From contig JAISMZ010000027.1 in NCBI GenBank assembly GCA_031276475.1, positions 1 through 27,582 of the forward strand: DNA of 27,582 nucleotides. Reading direction: 5' to 3'. Positions 9,215 through 19,360 of the stretch are shown here, piece after piece. The notes beneath the pieces are model-generated. The model was not told where the DNA came from. It ran no database searches and saw only the letters and a list, made by a program, of their open reading frames with translations. Each line of letters starts with the position of its first letter. Positions within the stretch are counted from its first letter, which is position 1. A program made the translations under genes and the position numbers. Source of the stretch: Coriobacteriales bacterium. GTDB lineage: Bacteria; Actinomycetota; Coriobacteriia; Coriobacteriales; UBA8131.

Positions 9215-11006
9215 GAACGGCACCTCGATTCAACTCGCCGGCCTCAAGCGCGACGCGCTGGTCCTCCTCCACACCCCAAAAAGCGGGATGACGGGTGATC
9301 GCACGGGGAGCGAGCAGGCGGATCAGAGGGGCCTTGAAGATCAGCATCGTGACGATGTCGCAGATCACGCCGAGGGCCAGCGTCAGGCCGAAGCCCTTAA
9401 CCGAGCCGACGCCGATGAAGAACAGTGCCAGCGCCGAGACCAGCGTTACCAGGTCGGCGTCGATGGAGGTGATGATCGCGTGTTTGACGCCGGTCACCGA
9501 GGAGGCGCGCACCGAGCGGCCCATCCGGATCTCCTCCTTAAAGCGCTCGAGCACAAGGATAGAGGAGTCGGCCGCCACGCCGATGGCCAAGACGATGCCG
9601 GCGATGCCCGCCAGCGACAGCGCGAACTGGCCAAAGTAGGAAAGCGTCGCCAGAATGCCGAGGTAGAGCAGGGCAAAGACGCCGACCGCGCCGGCGGTCA
9701 GCAGGCCGATGCCGCGATAGAAGACAAGCAGGTAGATGGCCACCAGAGCCAGGCCGATCAGGGCGACCGTCACGCCGCGGGCGAGCGACTCCTGGCCTAG
9801 CGTCGGGCCGATGACCTGGGAGTTGATGACCTGGAGGCTGACCGGCAGCGAGCCTGACTCGAGCACCGTCTTTAAGGCGGTGGCCGATTGCAGATTGTAA
9901 TCGCCGGTGATCGCGGTGTCGCCGGTAGTGATCGCGCTTTGCACGGCCGGTGTGGACTGGATGACGCCGTCGAGGACGATGGCGACCTTACCCTTGGTCG
10001 GGTAGAGTCGCGTGGTGGCGTCGGCCCAGGCCTGGGTGGCTGTGGCGTTGAGCTTGAGGTTCACCGAGTAGTAGGCGCTGGTCTCGCTTTGTTTGCCGAG
10101 GCTTACCGAGGTGATCTCGGAGCCGGAGAATATCGGGGTGTAGCTGCCCGCGGGAAGGGTCAGTGGCTGGTAGCGGGTGGTGGGGGTGGCTGGTGTTTCG
10201 GGAGTGGTGTCGGGGGCGGGGGCGGGAGCATCATCGGTGGCGGCAGCAGGATCGATTACGGCGGAGTCGCTGGTGGCTGCGGCAGCCGCGGCCGCCGCGG
10301 CAGCCGCGGGGTCGGGTGCGACGGCAGGATCGGCCGCGGCGGAGTCGCTGGCAGTGGCCGGGTCGCTGGCAGTGGCCGGGTCGCTGGCTGAAGCCGCGGG
10401 GTCGGTTGCCGCGGGGTCGGGAGCGGTGGTAATCTCTTGCGTCGCCGCGCTCTCCGTGACCTGGGTGTACATGCCCGCCGGCGCCCGTCCGTTGGCCAGT
10501 GGCACGGTTATCTGCTCGGCGGTGATATTGCCAAAGGCCAACATCTCGTTGAGCTCCTGGTCAGAGATCAGAGCTCCCGAGTTAAGGGCCTCGGTAACGG
10601 CAGGATCGTTGACCGCTGAAAGGTCGACGAACTCCAAAACACCGGTCTGACCGATGGTCTGCAGGGCCTGGGTCTGATCGACGACGCCGGGGATCTGCAC
10701 CAGCAGCTGGTTGGTACCCTGGATCTGGACGCTGGCCTCACTGGCACCCAGCGCGTTTACGCGGCGCTCGACTATCTGCTGCGACGACTGCATCTCCTCG
10801 TTCGTCGGCGTTGAGTCGTCGGTCTTGTTTGCCTGCAAGACGACGGAAAGGCCGCCTTGAACATCGAGGCCCTGGGTGATCTTTTCGCCCGGTGGCACAA
10901 ACATGAACACCGAACCGGCCAGCAATACCGCCAGCAGTATCAACAACACGATATGGTTGCGGGCCTGCGAAGGCCGCTTTTTCGGCGTGAATCTCCTATC
11001 CGCCAT
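9207..11006 (-). CDS. secD: Protein translocase subunit SecD with a long Ala/Pro/Asp/Thr insertion in the P1 domain
   Basis: GLDVQGG, ERRVNALGASE, VQIPG, GVLEF, IVLDG, ESGSLP, IGPTLG, GVAADSSILVLERFKEE and VKGFGLTL. ATG 11006 follows AGAGGGGAAGCT. Confidence 0.95.
   Translation of the reverse strand: MADRRFTPKKRPSQARNHIVLLILLAVLLAGSVFMFVPPGEKITQGLDVQGGLSVVLQANKTDDSTPTNEEMQSSQQIVERRVNALGASEASVQIQGTNQLLVQIPGVVDQTQALQTIGQTGVLEFVDLSAVNDPAVTEALNSGALISDQELNEMLAFGNITAEQITVPLANGRAPAGMYTQVTESAATQEITTAPDPAATDPAASASDPATASDPATASDSAAADPAVAPDPAAAAAAAAAAATSDSAVIDPAAATDDAPAPAPDTTPETPATPTTRYQPLTLPAGSYTPIFSGSEITSVSLGKQSETSAYYSVNLKLNATATQAWADATTRLYPTKGKVAIVLDGVIQSTPAVQSAITTGDTAITGDYNLQSATALKTVLESGSLPVSLQVINSQVIGPTLGQESLARGVTVALIGLALVAIYLLVFYRGIGLLTAGAVGVFALLYLGILATLSYFGQFALSLAGIAGIVLAIGVAADSSILVLERFKEEIRMGRSVRASSVTGVKHAIITSIDADLVTLVSALALFFIGVGSVKGFGLTLALGVICDIVTMLIFKAPLIRLLAPRAITRHPAFWGVEEDQRVALEAGELNRGAVHG
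10344..10388. repeat. 18-nt tandem repeat (2.5 copies) in the secD insertion
   Basis: GTCGCTGGCAGTGGCCGG x2 plus GTCGCTGGC, encoding DPATAS repeats. Confidence 0.8.
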
Positions 11007-11066
11007 AGCTTCCCCTCTGTAGTGGACGGCAGCGGTAAGCCGCGCCCGTGGGTTAACATCCTCGTT

Positions 11067-11072
11067 AGTATA
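11067..11072 (-). promoter_or_regulatory. Putative sigma-A -10 element for secD
   Basis: TATACT on the minus strand in the tgt-secD gap, about 60 nt upstream of the ATG. No convincing -35 at 17 nt. Confidence 0.4.
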
Positions 11073-11097
11073 ACGGTTTATGACGCCAACACAGCCC

Positions 11098-11132
11098 AAA
11101 AAAAGCGGCGTCTTCGGTCACCGAGCAGCTGC
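11098..11132 (-). terminator. Weak putative intrinsic terminator after tgt
   Basis: Imperfect stem (GCAGC...TCGG-TGA-CCGA...GCCGC) followed by T7, directly after the tgt stop. Confidence 0.4.
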
Positions 11133-11134
11133 CC

Positions 11135-13437
<2,303 letters not shown>

Positions 13438-13451
<14 letters not shown>

Positions 13452-14289
13452 CGCCGCTCCCCTGCTCGTGCAGATACAGGGACGGTTCATCTGAAAGCGG
13501 ACACGGGGACGGTTCATCTGTCCTGTTTTCCTGCAAGACACCTGCTGCAGCAGTAAGTTTTTCAGAAAACAGGACAGATGAACCATCCCCGTGTCCGCTT
13601 TCAGATGACTCCCGTCCTTCGGTATCGCGCTTTGTGTTGCTGCGCTGTTCGCGTCGGGCCGCACGTCGGGCAACGCGTTCCAGCTCGGCCTCCTGCGCGG
13701 AAAAGCGGCAACCGCAGTAGTTCTGGCGATAGAGGCCGGCCTGGCGGGAAAGGGCCACCGCCTCGGAGTAAAAAGCGCGAAAATCGTCCTCGCGGGTGCT
13801 CAGCCCGCAGGTCGCAGCCGCACGGGCCAGTTCGGCATTGATCGTCTCCACAAACTGATAGGGGCTGATGGTCAGGGTGCTGGCGATGCAGGCAATGCCC
13901 CGCTCGGCCGCCACCCGGGCCGCAGCTTCAAAGCGCAGGCGATAGCAGGCACTGCAGCGCCGCAGGCGGGCGGCGCGATTGGCTGCGTAATCGGGGCTGT
14001 TAGCGATCAGCGGGTAGGGCCCGCCAAAGACTGCGACGTCCTCCTCCCAAAGTAAGCCCTGATAGTCGGGCGCACTGAAAGGCAGCCCGAGGGAGCTTGC
14101 CCAGGCCACAAAAGTCTCCAACCGGCGCTGGTACTCGTCCTGTGGTTGAATATTCGGGTTAAAGTAAAAGGCGTGTACGCGCAAACCATCGCGCGCCAGA
14201 AACGACAGCGGAATGATGGAGCAGGGGGCACAGCAGACGTGAAGCAGGAGATCGGGTGTACCGGTTTTACTCAGCGAATCAGCCCTCAT
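13438..14289 (-). CDS. queH: Epoxyqueuosine reductase QueH with an element-derived C-terminal extension
   Basis: LLLHVCCAPCS, FYFNPNIQP..EY.RR, CSACYRLR, STLTISPYQ and LYRQNYCGCRFS. Directly upstream of queA-tgt. Confidence 0.92.
13470..13628. repeat. Composite ~160-bp palindrome (BIME-like, four GGGA(C/T)GG-core units) in the queH 3' end
   Basis: 44-bp arms at 13487-13530 / 13565-13608 (43/44). Outer pairing GGACGG/CCGTCC and GATAC/GTATC. A 15-nt direct repeat GGGACGGTTCATCTG at 13479 and 13506. A central 12-bp palindrome CTGCTGCAGCAG (13542-13553) lies exactly on the symmetry axis. Confidence 0.88.
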
Positions 14290-14328
14290 GGTATTTGTCA
14301 GAATCGCCCATGCCGGGCACACCGACAG

Positions 14329-14359
14329 AAAAAGGCGACCGACCTGTCAGCCGCCTTTT
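14329..14359 (-). terminator. Intrinsic terminator after the cold-shock gene
   Basis: Minus strand AAAAGGCGGCTGA-CAGG-TCGGTCGCCTTTTT, with G-U pairs only on this strand and a U-tract after the stem. Confidence 0.8.
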
Positions 14360-14378
14360 CCCGCCTATCGTGCAACTC

Positions 14379-14582
14379 TCAGATGATGTGGACGTTGCTG
14401 GCCTGTGGCTTGCCGTCCTTGCCAGGCGTGATGTCAAACTCGACGGGAGTGTCCTCCTCCAGAGTCTTAAACCCGTCCATCGCAATCGCTGAGAAGTGGA
14501 CGAAGAGATCGTCACCGTCGTCGCGTGAGATGAAGCCGTAGCCTTTTTCGGAACTGAACCACTTAACCTTACCTTCTGCCAT
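14379..14582 (-). CDS. cspA: Cold-shock protein (CSD), 67 aa
   Basis: [15 protein letters not shown] (RNP1), DLFVHFSAI (RNP2), GFKTLEE and QASNV. RBS AGAAAGG. The paralog name is nominal. Confidence 0.93.
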   Translation of the reverse strand: MAEGKVKWFSSEKGYGFISRDDGDDLFVHFSAIAMDGFKTLEEDTPVEFDITPGKDGKPQASNVHII

Positions 14583-14684
14583 GTCTTGCCTTTCTATCTG
14601 CCCAACGTGGGCCCATACCAACGACGTGACCGCAACCAAACGAAACACGCCGCGAAACCAGTGTCCCAAAACGGGACAACCGTA

Positions 14685-14693
14685 AGTCTAGCA
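14685..14693 (-). promoter_or_regulatory. Putative extended -10 promoter of the csp gene
   Basis: TG-C-TAGACT on the minus strand about 100 nt upstream of the ATG, followed by the hairpin TGTCCC-GTTTT-GGGACA (14662-14678). Confidence 0.5.
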
Positions 14694-14777
14694 CAATCTG
14701 TTGCCGATGTGCCGTGGAAGTGTTACTTTGTCGAAAATTTTACCGATTGCTGGTGTTCTGACGGTAGCTGGACGGCT

Positions 14778-15257
14778 TCAGAACCGCTCACGCAGGGCAT
14801 TTTGGACCAAAGGTGTAACCCAGGTGGAAACATCGCCGCCGAGCGCGGCGATCTCCTTGACCATCGAGGAGGAGAGGTACATATTGCCGGGATTGGCCAT
14901 GATGAACAGTGTCTCCAGCGCCGGGTTGAGCTGAAAGTTGAGTTCCGCCTGTTGAAACTCCAATTCAAAGTCGGTAACGGCCCGCAATCCCTTGACGATG
15001 GCGGTCGCGGCCACTTCCTCGGCAAAGTCGACCAACAAGGTGGAGAAGGGCCGAACCTGGCAATTAGCAAGCGCCCTGGTCGCGTCGCGTAAGAAAGCAA
15101 CGCGCTCGTCGACGTTGAACAAAGGGCCGGCGCCTTTTTTGGGCGAAGCGGCAACCCCAACGATGACCTCGTCGAATATCTGTGCCGAACGCTCAATGAC
15201 GTCGATGTGGCCGATGGTCACAGGGTCGTAGGTGCCGGGAACCAACGCACGCGTCAT
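14778..15257 (-). CDS. coaD: Pantetheine-phosphate adenylyltransferase
   Basis: PGTYDPVTIGHIDVI, LFNVDERV, IVKGLRAVTDFELE and LSSSMVKEIA. Confidence 0.96.
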   Translation of the reverse strand: MTRALVPGTYDPVTIGHIDVIERSAQIFDEVIVGVAASPKKGAGPLFNVDERVAFLRDATRALANCQVRPFSTLLVDFAEEVAATAIVKGLRAVTDFELEFQQAELNFQLNPALETLFIMANPGNMYLSSSMVKEIAALGGDVSTWVTPLVQNALRERF

Positions 15258-15939
15258 GGTCTTGTCCTTCCGTCTGGAGCTGGGGCCTTGCGCGGCCCGC
15301 GTTGCTCAGACCATGATACTCCAACACGCTGTTGCCGTAGCGCTTGTAAGCCAGCGGCTCCAGTTGGGGCAGCGCGGAAATGGCGGGAACGGCACCTGCG
15401 GCAAGGGCGGCCGGTTCGCATTGGAGTAAAGCGTAGCCATCGGCGGAGCTGGCGCGGTGTTCATAGGAGATCAGGGCCGTATCGCTGAGCAGCTCCTGGC
15501 CCAGCAGCCTCTGGATTAAAGCGGCGACGTCGCATGCGGGCAGATCGTAGGGCGGGTCGAGGATCAGGAGATCGAAGACTGCCGCTCGCCGGTTGATAAA
15601 GGCCGTTTCGCGGCTGGCACGGGTGATGTCTGCCTGCCGCAGAGCCAGCCGCGTCTCCCGTGGCGTGATGAAGGCGGTGTTGGCGCTCAGGATCTGAAAG
15701 GCACGCCGATCGCGCTCGAAGAAGGTGCAGGTCGCGGCTCCCCGGGAAAGCGCCTCGATGCCCAGCGCACCGCTACCGGCAAAGGCGTCGAGTACCTGCT
15801 TGCCTGCAAAGCCGCCGGGCAGAAGCGAGCCGAGCGTGGAGGCCCAGGCTTCCTTAACGCGGTCGGTGGTCGGCCGGGTGCCCGTACCCGGGATCGGCTT
15901 CAGGGCGCGGCCTTTATATTCTCCGGCTATCACACGCAA
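15193..15939 (-). CDS. rsmD: 16S rRNA m2G966 methyltransferase RsmD-like
   Basis: RVIAGEYKGR, TRPTTDRVKEA, LDAFAGSGALGIEALSRGA, LDPPY and KRYG. TTG start has AAGGAG 9 nt upstream. Usual position upstream of coaD. Confidence 0.9.
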   Translation of the reverse strand: MRVIAGEYKGRALKPIPGTGTRPTTDRVKEAWASTLGSLLPGGFAGKQVLDAFAGSGALGIEALSRGAATCTFFERDRRAFQILSANTAFITPRETRLALRQADITRASRETAFINRRAAVFDLLILDPPYDLPACDVAALIQRLLGQELLSDTALISYEHRASSADGYALLQCEPAALAAGAVPAISALPQLEPLAYKRYGNSVLEYHGLSNAGRARPQLQTEGQDHDACVGSRHLRPCDHRPHRRH

Positions 15940-15968
15940 AGTCTCTGGCTCCTTTTGGGTGGCGGCGC

Positions 15969-15997
15969 TTGCAATCCGAACAGGTGTTCGCTATCAT
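15969..15997 (+). promoter_or_regulatory. Sigma-A-type promoter of ruvCAB (probably leaderless transcript)
   Basis: TTGCAA (15969-15974), 17-nt spacer, TATCAT (15992-15997). The expected +1 falls on the A of ATG 16004. Confidence 0.75.
15977..15990. promoter_or_regulatory. LexA (SOS) operator
   Basis: CGAAC-AGGT-GTTCG is a perfect Gram-positive/actinobacterial SOS-box palindrome lying in the promoter spacer, upstream of DNA-repair genes. Confidence 0.85.
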
Positions 15998-16003
15998 GTT
16001 ACC

Positions 16004-16549
16004 ATGGCAACAGCGAGAACAACAACGACGACAGCAGCGACGGTGCCCGCGGCTCAGGCGATGACCCTCGTGCGCATCCTCGGCATCGATCCCGGGCTGG
16101 CCAACTGCGGCTGGGGCGTCATTGAATCCCACGGCTCCCGCCTGCGGCCCGTTGCCTACGGCTGCATCTCAACGGTGGCGGCAGAGGAACTGCCCGCCCG
16201 CCTGAGAACCATCGCCCACGAGCTGCGCGACGTGGTTCGCCGCTACCAGCCAACAGATCTTGGTATAGAGACAGTCTACCAAAAAGGCAATCAGAAAAGC
16301 GCGATCGCCACCGCACAGGCCCGAGGAGCAGCTCTGACGGCTGCCGCTGAGTTGGAGATGTGCATTGGAGAATATTCTCCTTCAACAATAAAAAATGCTG
16401 TGGTCGGCAGCGGCTCCGCCAGCAAGGAACAGGTTCAGTACATGGTGCAGGTGCTGCTGCGGCTCGACCACCTGCCCAACCCCGACCACGCCGCCGATGC
16501 CCTGGCAGCCGCGATCTGCCACGCCCACCTGAGGCGTGCACCACGATGA
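16004..16549 (+). CDS. ruvC: Holliday junction resolvase RuvC
   Basis: ILGIDPG, LGIETVY, EYSPSTIKNAVVGSG.A.KEQV and PDHAADALAAAICH. Start taken at ATG 16004 (ATG 16061 is an alternative). Confidence 0.94.
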   Translation: MATARTTTTTAATVPAAQAMTLVRILGIDPGLANCGWGVIESHGSRLRPVAYGCISTVAAEELPARLRTIAHELRDVVRRYQPTDLGIETVYQKGNQKSAIATAQARGAALTAAAELEMCIGEYSPSTIKNAVVGSGSASKEQVQYMVQVLLRLDHLPNPDHAADALAAAICHAHLRRAPR

Positions 16550-16677
16550 GCGCAGCCCCCGAGCGCTCGGTAACAGTCCCTGCGCGGCGCGAGCGAGTCC
16601 TCAAGCCGAGTCGCATACTGGCCCTCAGGCCGAGTCGCAAGTCGGCCCACACAGCACAAAGAAAGGTGATCAGATGA
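16546..16677 (+). CDS. Possible 43-aa basic bridging peptide between ruvC and ruvA
   Basis: The ATG overlaps the ruvC TGA (ATGA) and its TGA overlaps the ruvA ATG (ATGA). No recognisable homology. Confidence 0.3.
   Translation: MSAAPERSVTVPARRERVLKPSRILALRPSRKSAHTAQRKVIR
16599..16639. repeat. 17-nt imperfect direct repeat, 24-nt period
   Basis: CCTCAAGCCGAGTCGCA (16599) and CCTCAGGCCGAGTCGCA (16623). Confidence 0.7.
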
Positions 16678-17249
16678 TCGCACAACTCAAGGGTACCGTC
16701 GTTGCCCTGACCGAGAGTTCCGTCGTGATAGACGTCGGCGGCGTCGGTTTTGCTATCACGGCTTCCACTCCGACCCTGGCCTCGCTGCATGGGGGCAAAG
16801 AAGTCCTGTTGCAGACGATGCTCGTCGTTCGCGACGATGCGCTGACGCTTTACGGCTTTATCTCGCCAGCCGAACGTCGGCTCTTCGAGCAGTTGATCGC
16901 CATCTCCGGCGTGGGCCCCAAGGCTGCCCTGTCGCTGCTTTCCAGTCTGCAGGTAGACGATTTGAGACTGGCCATCGCTCAAGGTGATGTGAATCTGATA
17001 GCGACCGCTCCCGGCATCGGCAAAAAGACCGCCCAGCGGGTAATCGTCGAGTTAAAGGGCGCCTTTGAGCAGGCGATTGCCGAGGCTGGCAGAGCAGTGC
17101 CGCTCCAAAGCAATCGTGAGGTTACCGAAGCCCTGCTGACGATGGGATTTACCACGCAGGAGGCGACGCTGGCCGTTAAGGGTTATGATGGTGACCCGGC
17201 AGACAGCAACGGCCTGTTGCGCTACGCACTCAAACGATTGGGGAAGTGA
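16674..17249 (+). CDS. ruvA: Holliday junction branch migration protein RuvA
   Basis: [41 protein letters not shown] and [27 protein letters not shown]. Confidence 0.95.
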   Translation: MIAQLKGTVVALTESSVVIDVGGVGFAITASTPTLASLHGGKEVLLQTMLVVRDDALTLYGFISPAERRLFEQLIAISGVGPKAALSLLSSLQVDDLRLAIAQGDVNLIATAPGIGKKTAQRVIVELKGAFEQAIAEAGRAVPLQSNREVTEALLTMGFTTQEATLAVKGYDGDPADSNGLLRYALKRLGK

Positions 17250-18349
17250 GCTTGGTTACCTGGGAAGCCAACGACGGTGGCGGCAATGTAGCCGTGCCTC
17301 TGAGCCCCCAGATCGTCGAGGACGACCTGGGGATCGATCGCAGCCTGCGCCCGCAGATGCTCGGCGACTACCTCGGCCAGAGCCGGGTCAAAGAAAACCT
17401 CTCGGTGCTCATCGAGGCGGCCCGAACCCGTGGCGAAGCCCTCGACCACCTGCTCTTCTCCGGCCCGCCGGGGCTGGGCAAGACGACGCTGGCCGGTGTC
17501 GTTGCCAACGAGTTAGGTGTGGCCGTTAAGGCCACCAGCGGCCCGGCCATCGAGCGCACGGGCGATCTGGCGGCAATACTCACCAATCTGGAGCCGGGCG
17601 ACGTCTTTTTCATCGACGAGATCCATCGTCTGAACCGGGCTGTGGAGGAGGTCCTCTATCCGGTGATGGAGGACTTTGTCTTAGACATCGTGATTGGCAA
17701 AGGTCCTTCGGCCCGCTCGCTGCGCCTGGAGGTGCCGCACTTCACGCTGATCGGCGCAACCACTCGCACGGGGCTTTTAACCGGGCCTCTGCGCGACCGC
17801 TTTGGCATCTCCTTTCGCCTCGATTATTACACGCCAGAAGAACTGCGCGACATCGTCGTACGCTCGGCGACGATCCTCGAAGTCAGCATCGACGAGGGCG
17901 GCGCCCGCGAGATCGCCGGCCGCTCGCGCGGCACTCCCCGCCTGGCCAACCGCCTGCTCAAACGTGTGCGCGACTTTGCCGAGGTGCGCGCCGACGGCCA
18001 GATCCGCGCCGGCACGGCGCGGGAGGCCTTAAGCTTCTTTGAGGTGGACGAGCTGGGGCTGGACAGCATGGACAACAAGATTCTCGGCCTGCTGACCGAG
18101 ACCTTCTCCGGCCGCGCCATCGGCCTGAACACGCTGGCCAGCGCGCTTGGCGAGGACGCGGAGAGCATCGAGGACGTCTACGAGCCCTATCTGTTGCAGC
18201 AAGGTCTTATCGTGCGTACCCCCAAGGGGCGAATGGCGACTGAGCGCGCCTTTCTCCACAGGGGCCTGCCCTGCCCGCAGAGCGCCGAGGGTTTTGTGGC
18301 CGCCGCTGGGGCAGTGGCTGCCAGCGATGCTGCTCAGACACCGGATTGA
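17246..18349 (+). CDS. ruvB: Holliday junction branch migration ATPase RuvB
   Basis: [53 protein letters not shown] and EPYLLQQG...RTPKGR. GTGA overlap with ruvA. Confidence 0.97.
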   Translation: MSLVTWEANDGGGNVAVPLSPQIVEDDLGIDRSLRPQMLGDYLGQSRVKENLSVLIEAARTRGEALDHLLFSGPPGLGKTTLAGVVANELGVAVKATSGPAIERTGDLAAILTNLEPGDVFFIDEIHRLNRAVEEVLYPVMEDFVLDIVIGKGPSARSLRLEVPHFTLIGATTRTGLLTGPLRDRFGISFRLDYYTPEELRDIVVRSATILEVSIDEGGAREIAGRSRGTPRLANRLLKRVRDFAEVRADGQIRAGTAREALSFFEVDELGLDSMDNKILGLLTETFSGRAIGLNTLASALGEDAESIEDVYEPYLLQQGLIVRTPKGRMATERAFLHRGLPCPQSAEGFVAAAGAVAASDAAQTPD

Positions 18350-18360
18350 GTGCAGCTGCC

Positions 18361-18396
18361 GATGGAGGGACTGATGGATGGACTGACGGAGGGACT
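18361..18396 (+). repeat. Three imperfect 12-nt tandem units containing SD-like cores
   Basis: GATGGAGGGACT-GATGGATGGACT-GACGGAGGGACT. The last GGAGG is 9 nt before ATG 18402. Confidence 0.7.
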
Positions 18397-18401
18397 CACC
18401 G

Positions 18402-18860
18402 ATGTTTCAAAATGACTATATCATGCGGATGATACTTCAGCTGGTGGAGGCGATCCGCCGCTCGATGGAGCAGGGCTATGCGACCCGCGAAGATGAGATT
18501 GAAAGCATCGAGGCCGCGCTTGGGGACGCCTTGGATCTCGACCCCGGCCTGGCCTTGAACCTGGAGCCAACCTCGCTGGTCTCGGTGCTGGAGGTGGGTA
18601 ACTTTGACCGTAAGCTGGGCGGCTATGTGACGCGTTCGCTGTATTACGAGGCCGAGCTGTTGCAAACGGCGAACCGGCCGCAGACCGCCGCGCTGCGCCG
18701 CGCTCAGGCCGACGCGATAGCGGCACATTTTGATGTGGAAGTGACACGCGAGGCCCTCAGCGGCGAAGAGTTGGAGGCCTTCTTTGCCGCCGAGGAGGCT
18801 GAGGCGAGCGCAGCGTCCGAGGCAGGCGCAGAGCGCGAGGCACGGCACGAGGCACAATAA
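18402..18860 (+). CDS. Conserved hypothetical helical protein (N-terminus resembles the DUF6483 family, unverified)
   Basis: MFQNDYIMRMILQL start, good RBS and an acidic tail. Family name is from recall only. Confidence 0.75.
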   Translation: MFQNDYIMRMILQLVEAIRRSMEQGYATREDEIESIEAALGDALDLDPGLALNLEPTSLVSVLEVGNFDRKLGGYVTRSLYYEAELLQTANRPQTAALRRAQADAIAAHFDVEVTREALSGEELEAFFAAEEAEASAASEAGAEREARHEAQ

Positions 18861-18900
18861 AATCGAACCCGCGGCGCCAGAGGACGCGGCGGGTTCGGTT
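18856..18900 (-). terminator. Intrinsic terminator between convergent genes (possibly bidirectional)
   Basis: 9-bp perfect stem CGAACCCGC / GCGGGTTCG (18864-18872 / 18889-18897), followed on the minus strand by ATTTTATT. Confidence 0.75.
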
Positions 18901-18919
18901 GGGCAGGTGCCTCCCTGGC

Positions 18920-19294
18920 TCAGACGCGAGCTTCCCAGAGCCCATGTAGATTACAGAGCGCCTGCACGATGATCTGATCGGAGCTACGCTTGACCTCAAA
19001 GGTGGCCTCAGGGGTGTCAGTGGGGCCAAAGCTCACCGAACCCACCGGCTCGCTGCCGTCAAAGACGCGGATCCACTCGATGAGATGCTCCTCGGTCTGG
19101 GGGTGGCTGATACCCTTCAGGCCAATGGTCACCTTTACCCGCTGGCCAGAAGAGAGCTCTTCGATCACCACATTGGGCGTATGCTTGAGCTCAAAGTCTG
19201 AGGCGGTATCGATGTCTTCGATGGAGTGCACTTCCTGCACCACACCCTGGTTGAATTCCTCAACCGCATTGTCAAATTTTACGTCGTCGGTCAT
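18920..19294 (-). CDS. 1Fe superoxide reductase (neelaredoxin-type, desulfoferrodoxin ferrous-iron domain only)
   Basis: ELKHTP, HPQTEEHLIEWI and CNLHGLW supply four His plus one Cys ligands. No N-terminal desulforedoxin CxxC...CC domain. RBS AGAAGGG. Confidence 0.88.
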   Translation of the reverse strand: MTDDVKFDNAVEEFNQGVVQEVHSIEDIDTASDFELKHTPNVVIEELSSGQRVKVTIGLKGISHPQTEEHLIEWIRVFDGSEPVGSVSFGPTDTPEATFEVKRSSDQIIVQALCNLHGLWEARV

Positions 19295-19342
19295 GGTTCT
19301 ATCCCTTCTTACAAATTGATGGTCATTTAAGCGAACGCTGTG

Positions 19343-19348
19343 ATTATA
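19343..19348 (-). promoter_or_regulatory. Putative -10 element for the superoxide reductase gene
   Basis: Perfect TATAAT in the AT-rich 66-nt gap. No matching -35 at 17 nt. Confidence 0.45.
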
Positions 19349-19360
19349 ACCGAAGTTTTG

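Noticed and set aside
11016-11029. 14-nt exact reverse-complement match between the secD leader and the riboswitch B12-box hairpin (25921-25934), suggesting a trans interaction
   Set aside because: A few 14-mer matches are expected by chance in 27.6 kb (N^2/4^14 is about 3). In the riboswitch the segment is already paired in its own stem.
13470-13628. Possible CRISPR-like repeat-spacer structure in the queH/queA repeats
   Set aside because: There are only two direct units per arm, arranged as an inverted pair, with no unique spacers and no cas genes.
16559-16570. 12-bp perfect palindrome CCGAGCGCTCGG after ruvC
   Set aside because: It has no loop, U-tract or second copy, and is plausible by chance in GC-rich DNA.
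19335-19349. PerR/Fur box upstream of the superoxide reductase
   Set aside because: Only one TTATAAT half-site is present, with no inverted partner. It is better explained as a -10 element.
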